Assembly: GCA_027320085.1 (NCBI GenBank)
Contig: DAHVLZ010000018.1
Coordinates: 64,001-128,000, forward strand
Direction: 5' to 3'
Source: Pseudomonadota bacterium
GTDB lineage: Bacteria; Pseudomonadota; Gammaproteobacteria; JAKAQQ01
Length of the DNA: 64,000 nucleotides
This document shows, piece by piece, positions 59,268-64,000 of this stretch. Every line of letters begins with the position of its first letter. Within the stretch, counting starts at the first letter, position 1. The notes below the pieces were generated by a model. The model was given only the letters and a program-made list of their open reading frames with translations, searched no databases and was not told the DNA's origin. The translations under genes and the position numbers were made by a program.

Positions 59268-60407
59268 TTATGGATCCGGGTCATGAAACGGGCCGATTCC
59301 ATCCCCCCGTCCAATCTTGAGCTCCTGGCCTTTCCAGTTCACCTGCCTTGAGAAGAAGGCAGCCACCCATTCCACGAGCGTCAGGAAATCGCGGATCGGA
59401 ACCAGCCACACGGGGCCCGTCTCCACACCCAGGCATCGGGCAGATCGATAATGTAGCACAAGACGCAGGATGACGGCCAAAGCGATCCCGGGAATCGCCA
59501 TCCCTCCGGCGCCGCATGCCAATGCGATACCCCCCCCCAGGATGAGCGGCGAGCCCAGTGTGATCCAATAAAAGGCAAATCCCCAGGGATCGACAAAACG
59601 GATGGTCCTAAGCCAGCGCAGTTCGTGATTCCACAGGGCGGAAAGACAGTCCTCGGTGAGGCGGGTCCGGACAACAAAGGGTGCCAGCACGACGTCCAGT
59701 CCCTGTTTGCGGACGAGCTCGCCCATTCGGTAATCATCTGCGAGACAGTCCGCGAGGGCGCCGAAACCGCCGATGTGGTCGAGGGTTTCCCGTCTGAGCG
59801 CCAAAGTGGCCCCGAAGGCAAAAGCCCGTGATCCGAGCAGCCAGGCGACCCAGACGGAAGGCGCAAATCCATCATTGATGAAGAGCATGCCGAGACGCGC
59901 CCAGAACGTCTCGCCGCCCGAGCCCCCATACAGGCAGGTCACGAGTCCCTTCCGTTTGTCCCCGAGAGGCGGTACGAGACGGCTCAGGTAGTCCCGGGGC
60001 ACGAGAATGTCGCTGTCAGAGATCACAATCCAGGGATGTCGTGCAAAGGGGTAGAGGTTGGAGAGGTTGTTCACCTTGGGATTGGCGCCGATCTGTTCGC
60101 CCGAGACCACGGTCCGGATGATCCGGTCGGGATATGCGGCACGGAGGTTATGAACCACAGTGAGGGCAGGATCATGGGGGTCCTGAAGTCCGAAAACGAG
60201 CTCATAGTCCGGATAGTCCTGGTCGCAAAAGGAACGGAGACAGGCTTCGAGACCCGGCTCATGTCCGTGGAGCGGTTTGAGAATGGAGACGGGGAGGAGG
60301 GGAGTTGCGTCCCCACCGGCTTTGGCCCAGCGTGCCATGGCCAGCACGCTCGTGAGCGCGTACGCGGAAGGGAGCCCGAGGAGAAGAAGGCCCAGAAAAG
60401 TAAGCAT
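59268..60407 (-). CDS. hpnI: Bacteriohopanetetrol glycosyltransferase HpnI
   Basis: VSILKPLHG, QDYP, GANPKVNNL, ISDSD, LADDY and ELRWLRTIR. Confidence 0.93.
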   Translation of the reverse strand: MLTFLGLLLLGLPSAYALTSVLAMARWAKAGGDATPLLPVSILKPLHGHEPGLEACLRSFCDQDYPDYELVFGLQDPHDPALTVVHNLRAAYPDRIIRTVVSGEQIGANPKVNNLSNLYPFARHPWIVISDSDILVPRDYLSRLVPPLGDKRKGLVTCLYGGSGGETFWARLGMLFINDGFAPSVWVAWLLGSRAFAFGATLALRRETLDHIGGFGALADCLADDYRMGELVRKQGLDVVLAPFVVRTRLTEDCLSALWNHELRWLRTIRFVDPWGFAFYWITLGSPLILGGGIALACGAGGMAIPGIALAVILRLVLHYRSARCLGVETGPVWLVPIRDFLTLVEWVAAFFSRQVNWKGQELKIGRGDGIGPFHDPDP

Positions 60408-60691
60408 GAATCCTCATGCCAATCGCTTTCAGAGCCACTATAACGTATAACGAATGCCTGTCCGAACCGTTCGTCCGGCGGATGGACAGGGCCGGGGCGG
60501 CCTGGCCGCAGCCGGATCGGGCGGCGGTCGAATTCCCGTCTTCCAGTACAATGAACCATGAGTTTTTCAGGGGATGGCCCCGTAGGTGAAAACGGCTCTG
60601 CGCTTTAGGGGTATCCATTCTGGCCAGAGGGCGGCCGGGGGTTGTTCTTCCGGACGAGCCGGCTTCGGATTGGGCTGAGAACGGGCCGGCC

Positions 60692-61681
60692 ATGCGGGTT
60701 TTGCTTACCGGTGCGAGCGGGTTTGTCGGCTCAGCCGTTCTCCGACAGCTTCTGGACCGTGGACATGAGGTCCGGGTCCTCGTCCGGCCCACGAGTTCGC
60801 GCACCAATCTCAAGGGATTGGATGTGGAAGCGCTCGAAGGTGACTTGCTGGACCCGGGTTCGCTGAACCAGGCGGGTCGTGGCTGCCAGGTCTTCTTCCA
60901 TGTGGCTGCCGATTACCGTTTGTGGACGCGGGATCCCGAACTGCTTCGGCGGACCAACGTCGAGGGAACACGGAATGCCATGAATGCGGCCATGGAAAAT
61001 CGAGTCGACCGGTTTGTCTACACAAGTAGTGTCGCCACCTTGGGTCTTCATCCAGATGGACAACCTGCTGACGAGGAGACACCGAGTAACATCGGTTCAA
61101 TGATCGGTCCCTACAAGCGTTCCAAGTTTGAGGCGGAAGCACTGGTCAAGACATGGGTTCAAGACGGTCGCTTAGATGCGGTGATCGTGAACCCTTCGAC
61201 TCCCGTGGGCCCACGGGACATCAAGCCAACGCCCACGGGCCGGTTAGTCCGCGATGCGGCTACCGGCCACATGCCAGCTTATGTCGATACGGGGCTCAAC
61301 ATTGTGCATGTCGATGACGTGGCCCGGGGGCACCTTCAGGCCCTCGACCGCGGCCGGAGAGGCGAACGCTATATCCTGGGTGGCGACAACCTGACGCTTC
61401 GAGATCTCCTGGGGGAGGTTGCGCGCTGTGCGCATCGCGCCCCGCCGCACCTCAGGCTCCCCCTGCGCCCACTCTGGCCACTCGCACTGGCCGCAGAAGC
61501 CTGGGGCCAAGTGACGGGACGTGAACCTCGCCTGACGCGGGATGCCCTTGCGATGGCGCGGAAAAAAATGTATTTCTCAAGTGCCAAGGCGGAATCCGAA
61601 TTGGGCTACGTGCATCGCTCATCCCGGTTAGCCATCCGGGATGCGGTCCAGTGGTTTCTCGGACCTGATGCCGCCGAATGA
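60692..61681 (+). CDS. hpnA: Hopanoid-associated sugar epimerase HpnA
   Basis: TGASGFVG, FHVAADYRLW, YKRSK, NPSTPVGPRDIKPTPTG and PAYVDTGLN. Confidence 0.94.
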   Translation: MRVLLTGASGFVGSAVLRQLLDRGHEVRVLVRPTSSRTNLKGLDVEALEGDLLDPGSLNQAGRGCQVFFHVAADYRLWTRDPELLRRTNVEGTRNAMNAAMENRVDRFVYTSSVATLGLHPDGQPADEETPSNIGSMIGPYKRSKFEAEALVKTWVQDGRLDAVIVNPSTPVGPRDIKPTPTGRLVRDAATGHMPAYVDTGLNIVHVDDVARGHLQALDRGRRGERYILGGDNLTLRDLLGEVARCAHRAPPHLRLPLRPLWPLALAAEAWGQVTGREPRLTRDALAMARKKMYFSSAKAESELGYVHRSSRLAIRDAVQWFLGPDAAE

Positions 61682-61782
61682 AAATCCAGTGGGGGGAGAG
61701 TAAACTGTACCGATTAAGCCGGGTGCACCCCGTGGGTGCTGCCATTCCATGAGCGCATCAAGAACCGAGATGAGGATGGATC

Positions 61783-62868
61783 ATGTTTGATGAACGGCCC
61801 TCACGGGAGGCGGTCGACTTTCAGAAAGAGATTTTGGGCCGCGTTTCGCGGACCTTCGCACTCACAATACCGGAACTTCCCCAGGAACTCGGACTGGTCG
61901 TCGGGAATGCCTATCTGCTTTGCCGCATCGCCGACACCATCGAAGATGAACCCCAGCTTCCGGCCGAGCGGAAAAGCGAATTTCACCGGGATCTCAACCG
62001 GGTCCTCGCGAACCAGGAAGATGTCAACGCCTTTACGTTGCGACTCTCCTCGGCATTAAGGCAGGCCACCGCGTCCGAAAAAGAACTCGTTCAACGGCTC
62101 CCTCTCGTCATGCAGGTGACGGCGAGCACACAAGCCGCCGTCCGAGAGACGGTCGCCCGATGCCTCGGCATCATGTGCGAGGGGATGCCTTTTTTCCAAC
62201 GGACTGTGAGCCTCCAGGGCTTGGCGACCCTCGACGAACTCGACCGTTATTGCTACTACGTGGCCGGCGTGGTGGGGGAGATGCTGACCGACCTTTTTTG
62301 CCTTCATTCGGACACGATCGCCGCCCGTCGTTCCCAGCTCATGCCCTTGGCGGTCTCGTTTGGCCAGGGCTTGCAGATGACAAACATCCTCAAGGATTTC
62401 TGGGAGGACCGGGCACGCGGGACTTGTTGGTTGCCCCGGGATGTGTTTGCCCGGACGGGATGCGATCTCGCAACGCTACAGCCCAACCGCCTGAATCCCG
62501 GATTCCACCCCGCGATGCAGCAACTGATCGCGGTGGCCATGCGGCACCTCCACAATGCATTGAGCTACTCCCTGCTCATCCCGAGGAAGGAAACCGGTAT
62601 CCGCCGGTTTTGTCTGTGGGCGATCGGCTTTGCCGTCCTGTCGTTGCGCAAGCTCAATCAGTCGCCTGACTTCACGACAGGCTCGGAGGTCAAGATTTCA
62701 CGACGGGCTGTTCGCGGGGTCACACGAGCCGTCCATTTTTCGGTCCGGAATGACTGGATGTTGCGCTGGCTTTTCCACCTGTCCAGCCGGGGGTTGCCTG
62801 ATCTCCCGGCAGATCTTTGTGTCGTGACTCCGCTTGACGGAAAGCCCCACTGGTCCCAGACCGATTGA
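61783..62868 (+). CDS. Squalene synthase (single-enzyme farnesyl-diphosphate farnesyltransferase type)
   Basis: VSRTFALTI, YLLCRIADTIED, YCYYVAGVVGEML, FGQGLQMTNILKD and GIRRFC. Confidence 0.88.
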   Translation: MFDERPSREAVDFQKEILGRVSRTFALTIPELPQELGLVVGNAYLLCRIADTIEDEPQLPAERKSEFHRDLNRVLANQEDVNAFTLRLSSALRQATASEKELVQRLPLVMQVTASTQAAVRETVARCLGIMCEGMPFFQRTVSLQGLATLDELDRYCYYVAGVVGEMLTDLFCLHSDTIAARRSQLMPLAVSFGQGLQMTNILKDFWEDRARGTCWLPRDVFARTGCDLATLQPNRLNPGFHPAMQQLIAVAMRHLHNALSYSLLIPRKETGIRRFCLWAIGFAVLSLRKLNQSPDFTTGSEVKISRRAVRGVTRAVHFSVRNDWMLRWLFHLSSRGLPDLPADLCVVTPLDGKPHWSQTD

Positions 62869-64000
62869 CCGACGTGTCCTTTCCCTCTGAATGCGAGGCA
62901 CGGGTCGGCTCATATGTGGTCCCGGAAAATCCAGAGGGGTCAGCCCGGCTGGATGAGGCGATCCACTTGGCCGTCAGGAAGCTCCTTGACCACCAGCACC
63001 CCGATGGTCACTGGTGCTTCGAACTTGAGGCGGACTGCACCATTCCGGCGGAATACATTCTCCTCATGCATTACGTGGGTGAGGTGAATGAACCTCTCCA
63101 GGAAAAATTGCGCTGCTACCTCCGCCAGCACCAGGATCCAAGCCACGACGGCTGGCCCCTGTACGTGGGCGGTGGATTTGACCTCAGTTGCACGGTCAAG
63201 TCCTACTTTGCCCTGAAACTTGCAGGTGAGGATCCGGAATCGCCGGCCATGGCACGGGCCCGGGCGGCCATCCTTCATGCGGGAGGCGCAGCCCATTGCA
63301 ACGTCTTTACACGCATCACCCTCTATTTTTTCCGTCAACTGCCAAGGCGGGCGATTCCGTTCATTCCGGTCGAGATCATCCTCCTCCCGCGGTGGTTTCC
63401 TTTTCATCTGAGCAAGGTCTCCTACTGGTCTCGGACCGTGATGGTGCCTCTTTTGATCCTGTGTTCGCTCCGAGCGCGGGCCGCCAACCCCCAAAAGACC
63501 GGGATCCGTGAGTTGTTCGTTGTTCCACCTGAAAAAGAACATCACTACTTCCGGATTCAAACACCGCTCGGCCGTTTCTTCCTGCTGCTCGACCGGATGG
63601 GGAGAACGCTCGAACCCCTGGTTCCCCGCTTCGTCCGCCAGCGCGCGATCGACAAGGCTTGCCGCTGGTTTTGCGAGCGGCTTAATGGCGAGAGCGGGCT
63701 GGGAGCAATTTTCCCGGCCATGGTCAATGCTTACGAAGCACTTTTGTTGCTCGGGTACGATCGGGAAGATCCCCTGTGCCAGATGGCGCGAAGAGCCATC
63801 GACCGCTTGGTCGTGGAACGAGAGGGCGATGCCTACTGCCAACCCTGCGTTTCACCCGTCTGGGATACCGCCCTTGCCCTTCTGGCCTTGGAGGAAAGTG
63901 GGGAGTGCGGCGATGCCCCGATCCGAAAAGGCCTGGACTGGCTCAGGGGGGAGCTTGTGACTGACGTGTATGGAGATTGGGCCCTCCAGCGGCCCCATCT
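62865..64000 (+). CDS. shc: Squalene-hopene cyclase, N-terminal part (runs off window end)
   Basis: Not in the ORF track. Manual translation: QHPDGHWCFELEADCTIPAEY, DGWPLY.GG..DLSCTVKSYFALK, NVFTR, KVSYWSR, GLGAIFPAMVN and YCQPCVSPVWDT. TTG overlaps the upstream stop. Confidence 0.95.
   Translation, partial: MTDVSFPSECEARVGSYVVPENPEGSARLDEAIHLAVRKLLDHQHPDGHWCFELEADCTIPAEYILLMHYVGEVNEPLQEKLRCYLRQHQDPSHDGWPLYVGGGFDLSCTVKSYFALKLAGEDPESPAMARARAAILHAGGAAHCNVFTRITLYFFRQLPRRAIPFIPVEIILLPRWFPFHLSKVSYWSRTVMVPLLILCSLRARAANPQKTGIRELFVVPPEKEHHYFRIQTPLGRFFLLLDRMGRTLEPLVPRFVRQRAIDKACRWFCERLNGESGLGAIFPAMVNAYEALLLLGYDREDPLCQMARRAIDRLVVEREGDAYCQPCVSPVWDTALALLALEESGECGDAPIRKGLDWLRGELVTDVYGDWALQRPH

Noticed and set aside
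1-64000. CRISPR arrays, tRNA/rRNA genes, IS elements, integrases, defence systems
   Set aside because: None was recognised on reading the intergenic regions and ORFs. A small RNA could still be missed without covariance-model searches.

Overview
A 64-kb chromosomal segment from a high-GC Gammaproteobacterium. Exported proteins rich in Arg/Lys/His and poor in Asp/Glu suggest an acidophile (inference). The backbone is housekeeping: aceE (partial), pyrC, rnt, grxD, sodB, nadC, nth-rsxB-metG, apbC-dcd, purN-purM, hda, ypjD, rpsP-rimM-trmD-rplS, sppA, valS-holC-pepA and lptFG. Accessory genes are interspersed: (i) an ~8-kb block between metG and apbC with a lower-GC TonB-dependent receptor preceded by two Pho-box-like TGTCA-N6-TGTCA repeats, plus a divergent RND pump whose promoter overlaps a palindrome; (ii) two different group II PLP decarboxylases, one resembling lactic-acid-bacterial tyrosine decarboxylase; (iii) an EmrAB-USP-MAPEG unit, a POT peptide transporter inside the pepA-holC-valS run, and cytochrome b561-YceI-DUF62; (iv) a hopanoid locus, hpnI-J-K-N-L-M plus an unknown overlapping lipoprotein, divergent from hpnA, a single-enzyme squalene synthase and shc (partial). 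ffh is missing from its usual place between ypjD and rpsP. No rRNA, tRNA, CRISPR array, transposase or integrase was recognised. No clearly new system is established. The best leads are the Pho-like-regulated receptor region, the hpn-linked lipoprotein and the antiporter-less decarboxylases. All calls come from motif recognition by eye, and several start codons are uncertain.
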